Notes under the pieces: generated by a model
Told to the model about the DNA's origin: nothing
The model's database searches: none
What the model saw: the letters and a program-made list of their open reading frames with translations, nothing else
Origin: Candidatus Krumholzibacteriota bacterium
GTDB taxonomy: Bacteria > Krumholzibacteriota > Krumholzibacteriia > LZORAL124-64-63
Direction: 5' to 3'
Assembly (NCBI GenBank): GCA_039714075.1
Contig: JBDLKA010000010.1
Coordinates: forward strand, 1 to 58,621
DNA: 58,621 nt
Shown: piece by piece, positions 9,994 to 19,393 of the stretch
Layout of the letters: each line of letters starts with the position of its first letter
Numbering within the stretch: the stretch's first letter is position 1
Program-made: the position numbers and the translations under genes

Positions 9994-10263
9994 ATGGGCC
10001 GATTCGGCCGCTTCAGCCGTCAAAACAACTGGACCACCACCGGCCTGACCCTGGCGTACCTGGTCGGCCTGGCCCTGGGGTTCTACGAGATGACTGCCAA
10101 ATCCCCTGGCCTGCTGGACAGGCCCCTGCCGGGCTGGTGGGCCACCGACCGGGCCGAAAGGACCACCCGCTGGAATCCTCCCACGGGGTTTCTGCCCCTG
10201 GACAAGCTGCTGCACGAGGGTGAAGAGGCGATCAGGTTCTACCGCATTCTCGCCCGACCCTAA
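9994..10263 (+). CDS. Small hypothetical single-pass membrane protein (89 aa)
   Basis: GGGAGA RBS, GC3-rich codons, one hydrophobic segment (GLTLAYLVGLALGFY); fills the gap between GT9 and rsgA; sigma-54 site upstream. Confidence 0.65.
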   Translation: MGRFGRFSRQNNWTTTGLTLAYLVGLALGFYEMTAKSPGLLDRPLPGWWATDRAERTTRWNPPTGFLPLDKLLHEGEEAIRFYRILARP

Positions 10264-10280
10264 GCAACCCCCCGCGGGGA

Positions 10281-11333
10281 TCAGCCGCGGTATCCCCGGC
10301 TGGCCTTGCGCTCTTCCAGATCCCCCAACAACGCCAGATAGGCTTCGTGCCGCCAGGCCGGAATGACCCCCTGGGCCACCCTCGCCTTGATCCCGCACTG
10401 GGGTTCGTCGCGGTGAAGACAGGTCCTGAATCTGCATTCGGCGCCGCCTTCGGCGAAGTCCGGAAAATAATCCCGGACCTGCTCCGGATCAATGTCCCAG
10501 GGATCAAATCCGCGGATTCCGGGAGAATCGGCGATAAAGCCCCCGTTCTCCAGGGGAAAAAGTTCGGTGCGCGTGGTGGTGTGGCGGCCCAGGCCGGTTT
10601 TTTCCGTGACCTCGTTGACGCGCAGTTCGAGGCCAGGCTGAATGGCGTTCAGCAAGGTGCTCTTGCCGACCCCCGAAGCCCCGATCAACAGGGAGATGCG
10701 GTCGGTCAGGACGTCCTGGAATTCCTTCACCCCCTGGCCCGTGGTGGCCGAGGTCCGGATGACCCGGTAATCCAGGCCGGCGAAATAATCCCCTTTTTCC
10801 AGTTCTTCCGCATGCTCGGCGGGGTCCGATATCAGGTCGCATTTGTTCAACACCAGCACCCCCTGAACGCCGAACCTTTCGGCGGCCACGAGCAGGCGGT
10901 CCACGAATCCGGACTGGGGCGCCGGTTCGCGGAGGGACTGGACGGCCACCACCTGATCCAGGTTCGCCATCAGGACCTGTTCGGTGCGGCCCCCGCTGCG
11001 GCGGGCCGCCAGCCGGGAGATCCGGTTGCGCCGGGGCAGGACTTCCTCGATGACCCCGGTGGGATTTTCGGAGTCGGAATCCAGGGCCAGGAACCGGACC
11101 CGGTCACCGACCACGGCCACGGTCTGGACCTGGCGCGGCCCTTTCTTCAAGCGTCCCCGCACCTTGCATGACCACACCAGTCCCGACGCCGCCACCAGAC
11201 AGCGTCCGGAGGTGGCCCGGATGACGATTCCTTCCCGGGTCCCGTCGTGAGCGGCCGGCGATCCGGAACCCGTCCCGTTTCCGTCATGGACCTCGATTTC
11301 GCACCTCCTGGGCGGACCTCCGCAAGGCATCAA
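10281..11333 (-). CDS. rsgA: Ribosome small subunit-dependent GTPase A
   Basis: OB fold, NKCDL, GASGVGKST, GRHTTT, DSPGIR, CRFRTCLHRDEPQC zinc finger; start codon uncertain. Confidence 0.95.
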   Translation of the reverse strand: MMPCGGPPRRCEIEVHDGNGTGSGSPAAHDGTREGIVIRATSGRCLVAASGLVWSCKVRGRLKKGPRQVQTVAVVGDRVRFLALDSDSENPTGVIEEVLPRRNRISRLAARRSGGRTEQVLMANLDQVVAVQSLREPAPQSGFVDRLLVAAERFGVQGVLVLNKCDLISDPAEHAEELEKGDYFAGLDYRVIRTSATTGQGVKEFQDVLTDRISLLIGASGVGKSTLLNAIQPGLELRVNEVTEKTGLGRHTTTRTELFPLENGGFIADSPGIRGFDPWDIDPEQVRDYFPDFAEGGAECRFRTCLHRDEPQCGIKARVAQGVIPAWRHEAYLALLGDLEERKASRGYRG

Positions 11334-11445
11334 CCACCGCTTCGGCCCGCATTCCAGCTTGTTAAACCAACTTCAATGGGTTAGCTTTTTGCAGTTATGG
11401 AGTCGTAGCACAAATCCCTCGTTGACTCAAGGTGGTACGCGGATT

Positions 11446-11907
11446 ATGGACATCGCCGAGGTTCTCAAACACACCTCACCCGACCTCTTCATTTCAGACC
11501 TGGAAGCTGTTGACAAATCCTCCGCCCTGGCCGGACTCGTCGAAGGCCTCATCTCCGGAACGGACATCAAGAATCCCGACACCATTATGCAGATGCTGCA
11601 GAGCCGGGAAAACCTGGGCAGCACCGCCGTGGGTCCGGGGATCGCCTTCCCGCACGGCCGTACGCTGGCCGTCCAGCGCCTGAGCATCCTGATAGCCCGC
11701 TGTCCCAACGGTGTGGACTTCGATTCCGAAGACGGCAACCCGACCAACCTGTTCTTTGTCCTGATCGCTCCTCCCCAGGATACCGGGCATCAGTACATCA
11801 AATCCCTGGCCGCCCTCATCGACCGTGTCCAGGACGCGGACCTGCGTGAAAAACTGATGGCCGCCGGGGACTACGAATCCTTCTGCGAAGCCATGAAGGA
11901 GGGTTAG
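11446..11907 (+). CDS. PTS IIA domain protein (fructose/mannitol/Ntr family)
   Basis: RENLGSTAVGPGIAFPHGR, VDFDSEDG; ATG at 11446. Confidence 0.9.
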   Translation: MDIAEVLKHTSPDLFISDLEAVDKSSALAGLVEGLISGTDIKNPDTIMQMLQSRENLGSTAVGPGIAFPHGRTLAVQRLSILIARCPNGVDFDSEDGNPTNLFFVLIAPPQDTGHQYIKSLAALIDRVQDADLREKLMAAGDYESFCEAMKEG

Positions 11908-11910
11908 GGA

Positions 11911-12249
11911 ATGCATCCTCAGCTACAGTTGCTGGTCGCCCTGCAGGACATGGACGAGATGATCAGGGAAACCGAAACCCAGGGTGAAGAGCTTGAAGGA
12001 TTGGGTTTCAAACACGGTGGTCTGGACGACCTGAAAAAGGCTCGGGAAGAGCTGGCGACCCAGATCGACCCCAGCCTCAGCAGTTGGTACCGGCGCCTGA
12101 CCGGGAAGTTCGGCCACGCGGTGGTTCCGGTGGTGGGCAACCTGTGCACCGGCTGTTTCGCCAACATCCCGTCGCAGTTCGTCAGCAAGACCAACGTGAA
12201 CAAGGTCCAGAAATGCGAAAGCTGCGGACGGCTGCTCTACTGGCCGTAG
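11911..12249 (+). CDS. C4 zinc-ribbon protein (DUF164/zf-RING_7-like), short form
   Basis: MHPQLQLLVALQDMD N-terminus; AVVPV...CTGCF...CESCGRLLY C-terminus. Confidence 0.8.
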   Translation: MHPQLQLLVALQDMDEMIRETETQGEELEGLGFKHGGLDDLKKAREELATQIDPSLSSWYRRLTGKFGHAVVPVVGNLCTGCFANIPSQFVSKTNVNKVQKCESCGRLLYWP

Positions 12250-12269
12250 GCGTCGGTTGGCTTTAGGCG

Positions 12270-13550
12270 TCAGTCTTCGGCGCCGGTCATGGCCCCCGCG
12301 TTGGCGACCACCTGGGTGATCTCCTCCACGATCTCCTTCTTCTCCCCGCCGTCGTCCTTGACGCCGAGGTCCTCCTTGGCCCACTGGGATTCCGGGAAGG
12401 GTCCCAGGCTTTCCAGCTCTTCCCAGCTGGTCACGCCGGTCTCCTTGCGGAAGATCAGGCCGCCTTCGACGTTGTCCTCGTCCACATCGACGGTGATCAG
12501 GTCGCCCTTGCGGATCTGGTCGCTGCAGATGTAGTGCGAGATCGGGGTGACGATCTCCTTTTCCACGACGCGCTTCAAAGGCCGGGCCCCGTACTGGATA
12601 TCGGTCCCCTCGGCCACCAGCCGCGTCTTGGCCTCCCGGGTAATTTCCAGCAGGAACGGTTCGCTGCACAACAGTGAGCGGTGGTGCACCTGGGCGATCA
12701 GGATGTCCAGGATGCTGTACAGGTGCTGCTCCTTGAGCGTGTGGTAGGTGATGATGTCGTCGAACCGGTTCAGGAACTCGAAGGGGAAGACCTTCTTGGC
12801 CTCGCGCAGGGCGGATTCCTCGATGTCCTGATCCATTTTCTCATCGCTGACGCCGGTGGAAAAGCCGATGCCCGACTGGGCCAGATGGGCCCCCATGGCC
12901 TCGCTGCCCACGTTGGTGGTCAGGATGATGATGGACTGGCGGAAATCGACTTCCTCGTTGTTGCCCAGCACCACGGTGCCGTCCTCGAGGATGCCCAGCA
13001 GCAGGTTCCACAGCTTGGGATGCGCTTTTTCGATCTCGTCGAAAAGGATGATCGACAGGTATTTCTCGCTTTCGGCGGGATAGAGCCGGCTGAGCTTGCT
13101 GTCCGTTTCGCTGATCATGCCCGACTGGTTCTCCAGGGCCTTGCGGTGGTGCCGGTCGATGTTCTCCTGGGACAGCAGCGGCCGGATCTCGCCCCCCACG
13201 TAACCGGGAGGCGAGCCCAGCAGCTTGGAGATGTTGTAGTGGGCGGAATACTCCTGGCAGTTGACCCTGGTGAAGGCCCGCTTGTTGCCGAAGATCGTCT
13301 CGGCCAGCGCCCGCACCGTTTCGGTCTTGCCGACACCGGTGGGCCCCATGAACATCATCGTCAGCAGGGGCCGTTCGGGATCGTGCACGCCGGCTATGAG
13401 GCGACTGAAACTGTCGGACAGCTTGTCGATCGCCTGCGGCTGACCGACGACCATCTTGTTCATGTGGGTGGTAAACCTGACGAGCTGGTCGTTGCGTTTT
13501 TCTTTGCGCAGGATCTTCAATGCGTTGTCATCCTTGTCTTTGGCGCCCAT
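12270..13550 (-). CDS. Single-domain Clp-family AAA+ ATPase (ClpA/B/C D2-like)
   Basis: VVGQPQAI, Walker A GPTGVGKT, GSPPGYVG pore loop, Walker B ILFDEIEKAH, GIGF, EFLNRFD, YGARPLKR. Confidence 0.88.
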   Translation of the reverse strand: MGAKDKDDNALKILRKEKRNDQLVRFTTHMNKMVVGQPQAIDKLSDSFSRLIAGVHDPERPLLTMMFMGPTGVGKTETVRALAETIFGNKRAFTRVNCQEYSAHYNISKLLGSPPGYVGGEIRPLLSQENIDRHHRKALENQSGMISETDSKLSRLYPAESEKYLSIILFDEIEKAHPKLWNLLLGILEDGTVVLGNNEEVDFRQSIIILTTNVGSEAMGAHLAQSGIGFSTGVSDEKMDQDIEESALREAKKVFPFEFLNRFDDIITYHTLKEQHLYSILDILIAQVHHRSLLCSEPFLLEITREAKTRLVAEGTDIQYGARPLKRVVEKEIVTPISHYICSDQIRKGDLITVDVDEDNVEGGLIFRKETGVTSWEELESLGPFPESQWAKEDLGVKDDGGEKKEIVEEITQVVANAGAMTGAED

Positions 13551-13736
13551 GAGGGCACCCGTTTCCGGATTCCGTTCCGGATTCCCGTGTCTGATGTATC
13601 TCCCGGACCTGTTTCCCGCGTGAAAAACGAAAGCCCGTCCCTGACCTAATCCATCGGACGGTCACGAACGGGCTTGAGTTCAATTTCGGGCGCGTTATTT
13701 CGTAACTGACGCCACTACACAAGATTGCAAATAATC

Positions 13737-15464
13737 TTACGATTCAGGCATGTACGGTTTTTTCAGGTAATCCGCCTGGGGCTGGCCCGGTTTTTCCACC
13801 CAGCGGGCGTCGATCTGCGGCCGGATGGGGCTGTGCTGGCCGACGTAGTGCTCCACGCACTCGGCCGTGGTGATCTGGGTCGGCGTGATGTCCTTGGCCG
13901 GAATGGCCGTCAGGAAATGCAGGCCGCTGTTGCCCTCCATCAGGAAGCTGGTGACGATGGTCTTGTAGATGCGGTCCGGATCCCAGGGTTCGCCGGCGAT
14001 CTCCAGGGTGACGATGCGGTCGTAATCCGGCCGGCCGGTGTCGAACTCCATCTTCACGCCGCCGAGCATGAGGCCGCCGCTGGTGCCGGCCAGCTTGCGT
14101 TCGATGACGCGGCGCACCATGCGGCCGTCCATCCGGACCTCCACCAGTTCGTTGCCGAAGGGCAGCACGGTGAAGATGTCGCGGGTCGTCAGGTCGCCTT
14201 GTCCCAGGTCGGCCCGCAGACCGCCCAGGTTCTGGAAGCTGAAATCGGCGTTGAAATACTCGCACATGGCGTCGGTGACCATGACCCCGATCAGGTTGGA
14301 GCCCGGTCCGCCGCGGCCCAGGGTGATGGCGCTGCTGCCGATCACCTTGCGCATCTCGGCCTCGGCCTGCTCGTGGTAGGGGCGGATGACCTCGGCGATC
14401 TCCGGATCGGGCCAGATCTCGTCCTCGAACAGGGTGATCAGGGTGCCGCGGTCGTGGGCGCCCTCGTAGCCGACCAGGGTCTTCGTCTCGCGGTCGATGA
14501 GCAGCACCGCGTGCCCGATGCTGGAGCCGTTGCCGTAGGATTCGAAGCACATGGTGTGGTTCACCGGGTCGATCCAGGGTTCGTTGTAGCCGCGGTGGGT
14601 GTGGCCGCCCACGGCGATGTCGATGCCCGGAACCTCGTGCACCAGTTCCATCAGGTTCATGCCGCCGTAGGAATGGGCGCTGCCGTAGGTGCCCTGCTGT
14701 TCCTGGTCGGTTTCGGTTTCGGTGGCGCCGGCGATCTTCTTCCAGCCTTCCTGCGGGTCATAGGGCAACCCTTCGTGAATGGCCAGAAAGACGATGTCGG
14801 CTCCCTCGTCCTTCAGCTGGTCCCGGAATTTGGCAATCGTACCGGGCATTTCCCGGAATTCCAGGCCCTCGATGTTCTGGGGAAAGGACATGGCCGCGGT
14901 GCCCGGGGTGATGATGCCGACCACGCCGATCTTGATGCCCTGGTATTCGAGCATGAGGGTTGGCCGGACCCATTCCACATGGTCGCCGGTGTCCTTCTCG
15001 ATCAGGTTCGCGCAGATCCAGGGGAATTCCGACATCTTGGCCAGCCGTTCGGCATTGTCGCGGCCCATGTCGAAGTCGTGGTTGCCCGGCACGGCGAATT
15101 CGTAACCGATGGCATTGTAGTATTTTATGACCGCCTCGCCCTTGGTCTTGTTGCCGATGGGCGTGCCCTGGAACATGTCGCCCACGTCCACCAGGAGGAC
15201 TTCCTCGCCGGCGGCCGCGGCCTTGGCGCGGACTTCCTTGATGTACCTCGCGGCGGACGGACCCCCGCCCAGCGGCGGCGGGAACGCGGGGTTCATGAAC
15301 TTGGCGGGCTCGGGCGCGATGTGGCCGTGCATGTCGTTGGTCCACATCAGGTGGACGCGCAGGAGGCCGTCGTCCTTGGTGTCGCCGCCGGCCTGCGCGG
15401 CCAGCACCGAGGCCGCCAGGAGGGTCAGGGTCATCAGGGTGATTCGGTTCGCGGGCAATTTCAT
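13737..15464 (-). CDS. Periplasmic/secreted 5'-nucleotidase / UDP-sugar hydrolase family metallophosphoesterase
   Basis: Signal peptide; TNDMHG, DVGDMFQG, PGNHDFD, GGHTH; C-terminal NLGGLR and LPFGN. Confidence 0.92.
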   Translation of the reverse strand: MKLPANRITLMTLTLLAASVLAAQAGGDTKDDGLLRVHLMWTNDMHGHIAPEPAKFMNPAFPPPLGGGPSAARYIKEVRAKAAAAGEEVLLVDVGDMFQGTPIGNKTKGEAVIKYYNAIGYEFAVPGNHDFDMGRDNAERLAKMSEFPWICANLIEKDTGDHVEWVRPTLMLEYQGIKIGVVGIITPGTAAMSFPQNIEGLEFREMPGTIAKFRDQLKDEGADIVFLAIHEGLPYDPQEGWKKIAGATETETDQEQQGTYGSAHSYGGMNLMELVHEVPGIDIAVGGHTHRGYNEPWIDPVNHTMCFESYGNGSSIGHAVLLIDRETKTLVGYEGAHDRGTLITLFEDEIWPDPEIAEVIRPYHEQAEAEMRKVIGSSAITLGRGGPGSNLIGVMVTDAMCEYFNADFSFQNLGGLRADLGQGDLTTRDIFTVLPFGNELVEVRMDGRMVRRVIERKLAGTSGGLMLGGVKMEFDTGRPDYDRIVTLEIAGEPWDPDRIYKTIVTSFLMEGNSGLHFLTAIPAKDITPTQITTAECVEHYVGQHSPIRPQIDARWVEKPGQPQADYLKKPYMPES

Positions 15465-15465
15465 T

Positions 15466-16791
15466 TTAGAACTCCAGCTTGTAGCTCACGCCGACGCGGA
15501 AGCGGGTGTCCTCGACGCGGGCCTGGGGATCGGAATTGTACTGGCCGTCCAGGAAATCACCCGGATAGGGGAATTGGTGATCCTGAACGCTGGTGAGCTT
15601 GCTCAATTCCAGCGAAGCGGACAGCAGTCCGTTGCCCAGGGGCATCCCCACACCCGCGGTGAACACGCTGGCGTTGGCTTCATCGTCCGCGTAACTGTCG
15701 AAGTAGCGGAACCCGAAACGCAAAGGCATACCGTTGTAGAACGTGTGCTGCAACCCGATGCGGACTTCATTGACGTCCTCCAGCTCTACGGCATCCTGGT
15801 CCTCCAGGTTCGCGCTGTCGGTTAGTTCGCTCCACGGTTTGTGTTCGTATTCGAGGGTGAACACGGTCCGTGGATCGGTCCGCGGCCGGAACGTCAACCC
15901 CATGCGGTACACGTTGGGGTAGAGGTATCTGCCTTCGAAGGGGTTGATCATTTCGCCCGACTCATCCAGTTCGGTCGTCGAAAAATCACCCGTGGCCGAG
16001 AGCTGGCTTTCCCAGGCAGCGCCCAGTTCGACCCGTTCGGTGATGACGCCCCGCAGACCCAGGGTGAAGTTCACCCCGTCCATCTGGAATTCGTCCCGCT
16101 CGTTGTAACTGCGGGCGGCATCGTCGTAGTCCCGGACGGTCCGCACCTCGGTGCGCGTACCGAAGGCGTAATGAACGGCCGCCCCGAACGAAACCAGGTC
16201 GAAAATTCCCAGCCCGGCTCCCAGGGACAAATTGCGCAACGTGCCGGTCACCTTGCGCCGGCGTTCCTGGATGATGGCATCACGGTCGTCGATGCCGCCG
16301 GCGGTGCTGGGATTCCGCACTTCTTCATCAAAAGTGTAGCTGAAGGGATAGCGGTCGGCCAACGACACACCCACCGACAGGGGGAAATCCCCGTCCAGGA
16401 CACTGGCCGCAATCGCGAAGTCCGTCTGGTAGTAGTGCTGGCGGTTGCTGGAGATGGCCACGTCCGTCAAATAGCTCTCGAACCCGTCGAACAGCGGCAC
16501 GAACCGGTCTTCGTGTTCCTGGTCGAGGGAAAACCCGAAATCCATCCGGTGGGTTTCCTCCATTACGAGGAAAGCGGGGTTGAAGATATTCGACATCCCC
16601 CCGCGGTACAGGGCCGTTCCGGTCCCGCCCATGGCGTTGATCTCGGCGTTCCGCCAGGCCATCTGGTCGCCGTATTCCGTCATGATCTGCGGTACGGCTC
16701 CCGCCTGTGGAACCGCCGCCAACAGAACGACAAGAGCCAACAACACACCCGACAGGGCCAAGTTCTGATTTCTCTTTGTTTTCGTGGTCAT
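15466..16791 (-). CDS. Outer-membrane beta-barrel, FadL/OmpP1-like
   Basis: Signal peptide; AMGGTGTA...NIFNPA N-terminal hatch-like motif; alternating beta strands; C-terminal SYKLEF; ATG at 16791. Confidence 0.7.
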   Translation of the reverse strand: MTTKTKRNQNLALSGVLLALVVLLAAVPQAGAVPQIMTEYGDQMAWRNAEINAMGGTGTALYRGGMSNIFNPAFLVMEETHRMDFGFSLDQEHEDRFVPLFDGFESYLTDVAISSNRQHYYQTDFAIAASVLDGDFPLSVGVSLADRYPFSYTFDEEVRNPSTAGGIDDRDAIIQERRRKVTGTLRNLSLGAGLGIFDLVSFGAAVHYAFGTRTEVRTVRDYDDAARSYNERDEFQMDGVNFTLGLRGVITERVELGAAWESQLSATGDFSTTELDESGEMINPFEGRYLYPNVYRMGLTFRPRTDPRTVFTLEYEHKPWSELTDSANLEDQDAVELEDVNEVRIGLQHTFYNGMPLRFGFRYFDSYADDEANASVFTAGVGMPLGNGLLSASLELSKLTSVQDHQFPYPGDFLDGQYNSDPQARVEDTRFRVGVSYKLEF

Positions 16792-16813
16792 TGCGCGAGT
16801 CTCCTCGGATCTA

Positions 16814-19393
16814 TCAGAATGTGTAGTCCATCTGCAGGCGGACAACGGTGTCATCTTTGGGAACGTAGGTGGCATCGGGACTCGGAGGGAGTTCCTCACC
16901 GAAATACCGGACATCGACGTAGGTCTTGGGAAGATTGTGATCCCGGGTGACCTTCAACTGGAACAACAACCTTTGGGATACCCGGGTTTCGACCTTGAAC
17001 CAGTTGCGGAACCCCGTCCCATCCAGCAGGACGAATTCATTACCCTCGAAATTCCAGAAAAAGCCGTCGTACATGGAAGACGCGAAGCTCAGCTGGATAC
17101 CGGGGGTCAGATTGTGTTCGTACCGGACCTCGAAAGCGTTCCCGGGGGCGCCGTTGGTCCCCACGGCCGAGTCTCCACCCGGTTCCACCGTCCCGGCGAA
17201 GGGCCACCGCTGCCGGGGAGGGAACATGACGTTGCTGGTCATGTACATGAAAGCCAGACGGTTGTAGTTGCTCAGCAGGGCGATCATCTGCCAGCGGGTT
17301 TCCCAGTTCTGGAATTTCCGCGTGTCGAAAGGATCACTTTCCGAGCGGCTGCTGTAACGGTGCCGCACGCGGAAACGCAGGTTGAACAGCGGCTGGTATT
17401 CACCCTTGAGGGTGTACCGCATCATCTCGGCGCCATCCGCCTTGCGGGTCCACTGGTCGAAACTCAGGCCGCTGAGAATGAGATTGCGCGAGATGCGGTA
17501 CCTCGTCTCCAGGTACAGGCCCTGTTCAGCCTTCGGCTGCGGTGTCGTCGTCTCCAGCCAGGCATAGAGATCATCATTCAACCGGTAGGGAGAACTCAGC
17601 AACGTCATCTCGTACTTGCTGTCGTTGCTGAAGGCACGCCCGTAGGGATTGTCAAAGCCGACGTCGTAGTCCCGGTAGATGGCCAGAAGGTGGAGGTTGT
17701 CCCACTGGCCGTAGGCGTTGATGATGTAGGCATCGGGGTTCTTCACATTGAAGAAGGTTTGACGCGGATCCTGGATGAAGGCGTATTCCCCCTGGAGAGA
17801 CACGTTCTTGTACACTCCCTGGGCCTCGGCCCCCATGACGCGGCGCCACCTGTGTTCGGTCACCGTCCCGTCCCCGTTGTCCACCACGCTGTTGTAGCCG
17901 TTGGTAATCTCTGCATCACGGGCTTCCAGGTATCTCTCCGGGTCCGCCACCAGGGTTGTTTCATCCGGGTCGAACCCCCGGTTGTAACGGGCCTCGTAAC
18001 CCGTCACTCCGACGTAGGTGCCCGGCGCCAGCATGACCTTCACGTTGCCGCCGATCATGTCCTCCTGGAACGCGTTCCGGCGCAGCCCCGTGGGCAGGAG
18101 GTTCTCCCCCGCGATGCGCTCATCCAGCCACTCGCCCCGGGGCCTGGGCTGCATGATGACGTAGCGGTTGATGGTCCCGTCAGGGTTGAGGATGCCGTCT
18201 TTCTTGTCGCTGGAAATGAAGAGCGAGGCGTTGACCGGCCCGAAGGACCCTTCGACCGCGCCCCCGGTCAGGTGGTACTGGTAGCTGCGGGCCAGATCAC
18301 CGTGGATGCCGAGCAAGCGCTTGTTGAACCCGAACCCGGTCTTGCGGAAATGGATGAAGTCCGTGTTGTCCATGACCAGGCCCAGACCGTAGGCCACCCG
18401 GTAGTTCCCCAGGTAGGCGGCTTTCAAACGGAAGCCGCCCCACTGCTGGTCATTGACCCCGACGAATCCCTTGAGGGTTTCATCCCAGTTGTTTTCCCCA
18501 AATTCCCGGGAAGTCAGGATTCCTGCCTGGTAGCCGCCTTCGACATTGACGCGGACCTTGTTCATCCAGCCGGGCTGGAAGGGGCTGATGTCCCCGACAT
18601 GGAACCGCCCGCTCCCCGGAACGCCGGAAGCGATGCTGCCGATCTCGTCGTCGTCATTGGAATAGGGCGTTTCCCAGTATCTGGTCTGGATATAACCGGT
18701 GACCGAGCGACTGGCGTCAGAACGCTTTTCCTCTTCGCTGTAGACAACGAAATCGCGCAGGTTGCGATAGGCCCAGTAACGCAGTCCCTCGGAGCGCCGC
18801 ATCTGGCGGCTGCTCTCGAATTGGCCCAACCTCTCCCGGGCCTTGAGGATGTTGGTGGCATCCACCGGCGAGACATTCTGGTACGACATGAGATCGTAAA
18901 GATCCATGCTGTTGACATTTTCGGGATTCCGCATCTTGTCCAGATACTCGTCCACCAGGCCTTCGCTCGAACCCTCCTGCCCCAGATAGCGCCTTACCTG
19001 CCTGTAACTGGCGGATAATCGGGCAATCGAAGGATCCTCGTCATCCGGCGGCATGGTCGAAACCAGGGATTTGAGGGTCTTGAAGTGTTCCCCCGTCATT
19101 CCGCGGATTTCGTTCAGCTCGTAGACGTTGCCGAAAGGTCTCACGAAGGTCCGGTAATCGTATATCCGCCGGACAAGATCTTCGGGGATCGGCAGGGTCA
19201 GCATCTCCTCCAGCGAGGCGCTGTTCAGGTCCAGAGGTGCGGTCCGAGCCTGCTGTTCGGCAGCCTGGGCGGAGCCTGGTCCCAAGGGCAGGGCAGGCGT
19301 CAGACAGGACACCAGCACCCAAACCAGGAGAGCTCCGGCGGCAGGCAACAGACGGAAGGGAATCGCACCGCCGTTTTTCAGGGTTTCGCTCAC
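16814..19393 (-). CDS. ComEA-type helix-hairpin-helix domains fused to an outer-membrane beta-barrel
   Basis: LDLNSASLEEMLTLP...IYDYR...FGNVYELNEIRG and a second NVNSMDLYDL...ILKARERLGQF; aromatic beta-strand C-terminal half ending RLQMDYTF. Confidence 0.78.
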   Translation of the reverse strand: MSETLKNGGAIPFRLLPAAGALLVWVLVSCLTPALPLGPGSAQAAEQQARTAPLDLNSASLEEMLTLPIPEDLVRRIYDYRTFVRPFGNVYELNEIRGMTGEHFKTLKSLVSTMPPDDEDPSIARLSASYRQVRRYLGQEGSSEGLVDEYLDKMRNPENVNSMDLYDLMSYQNVSPVDATNILKARERLGQFESSRQMRRSEGLRYWAYRNLRDFVVYSEEEKRSDASRSVTGYIQTRYWETPYSNDDDEIGSIASGVPGSGRFHVGDISPFQPGWMNKVRVNVEGGYQAGILTSREFGENNWDETLKGFVGVNDQQWGGFRLKAAYLGNYRVAYGLGLVMDNTDFIHFRKTGFGFNKRLLGIHGDLARSYQYHLTGGAVEGSFGPVNASLFISSDKKDGILNPDGTINRYVIMQPRPRGEWLDERIAGENLLPTGLRRNAFQEDMIGGNVKVMLAPGTYVGVTGYEARYNRGFDPDETTLVADPERYLEARDAEITNGYNSVVDNGDGTVTEHRWRRVMGAEAQGVYKNVSLQGEYAFIQDPRQTFFNVKNPDAYIINAYGQWDNLHLLAIYRDYDVGFDNPYGRAFSNDSKYEMTLLSSPYRLNDDLYAWLETTTPQPKAEQGLYLETRYRISRNLILSGLSFDQWTRKADGAEMMRYTLKGEYQPLFNLRFRVRHRYSSRSESDPFDTRKFQNWETRWQMIALLSNYNRLAFMYMTSNVMFPPRQRWPFAGTVEPGGDSAVGTNGAPGNAFEVRYEHNLTPGIQLSFASSMYDGFFWNFEGNEFVLLDGTGFRNWFKVETRVSQRLLFQLKVTRDHNLPKTYVDVRYFGEELPPSPDATYVPKDDTVVRLQMDYTF

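Noticed and set aside
13561..13586. Direct repeat ttccggattcc x2 upstream of the Clp-like ATPase
   Set aside because: Too short to support a regulatory claim without comparative data.
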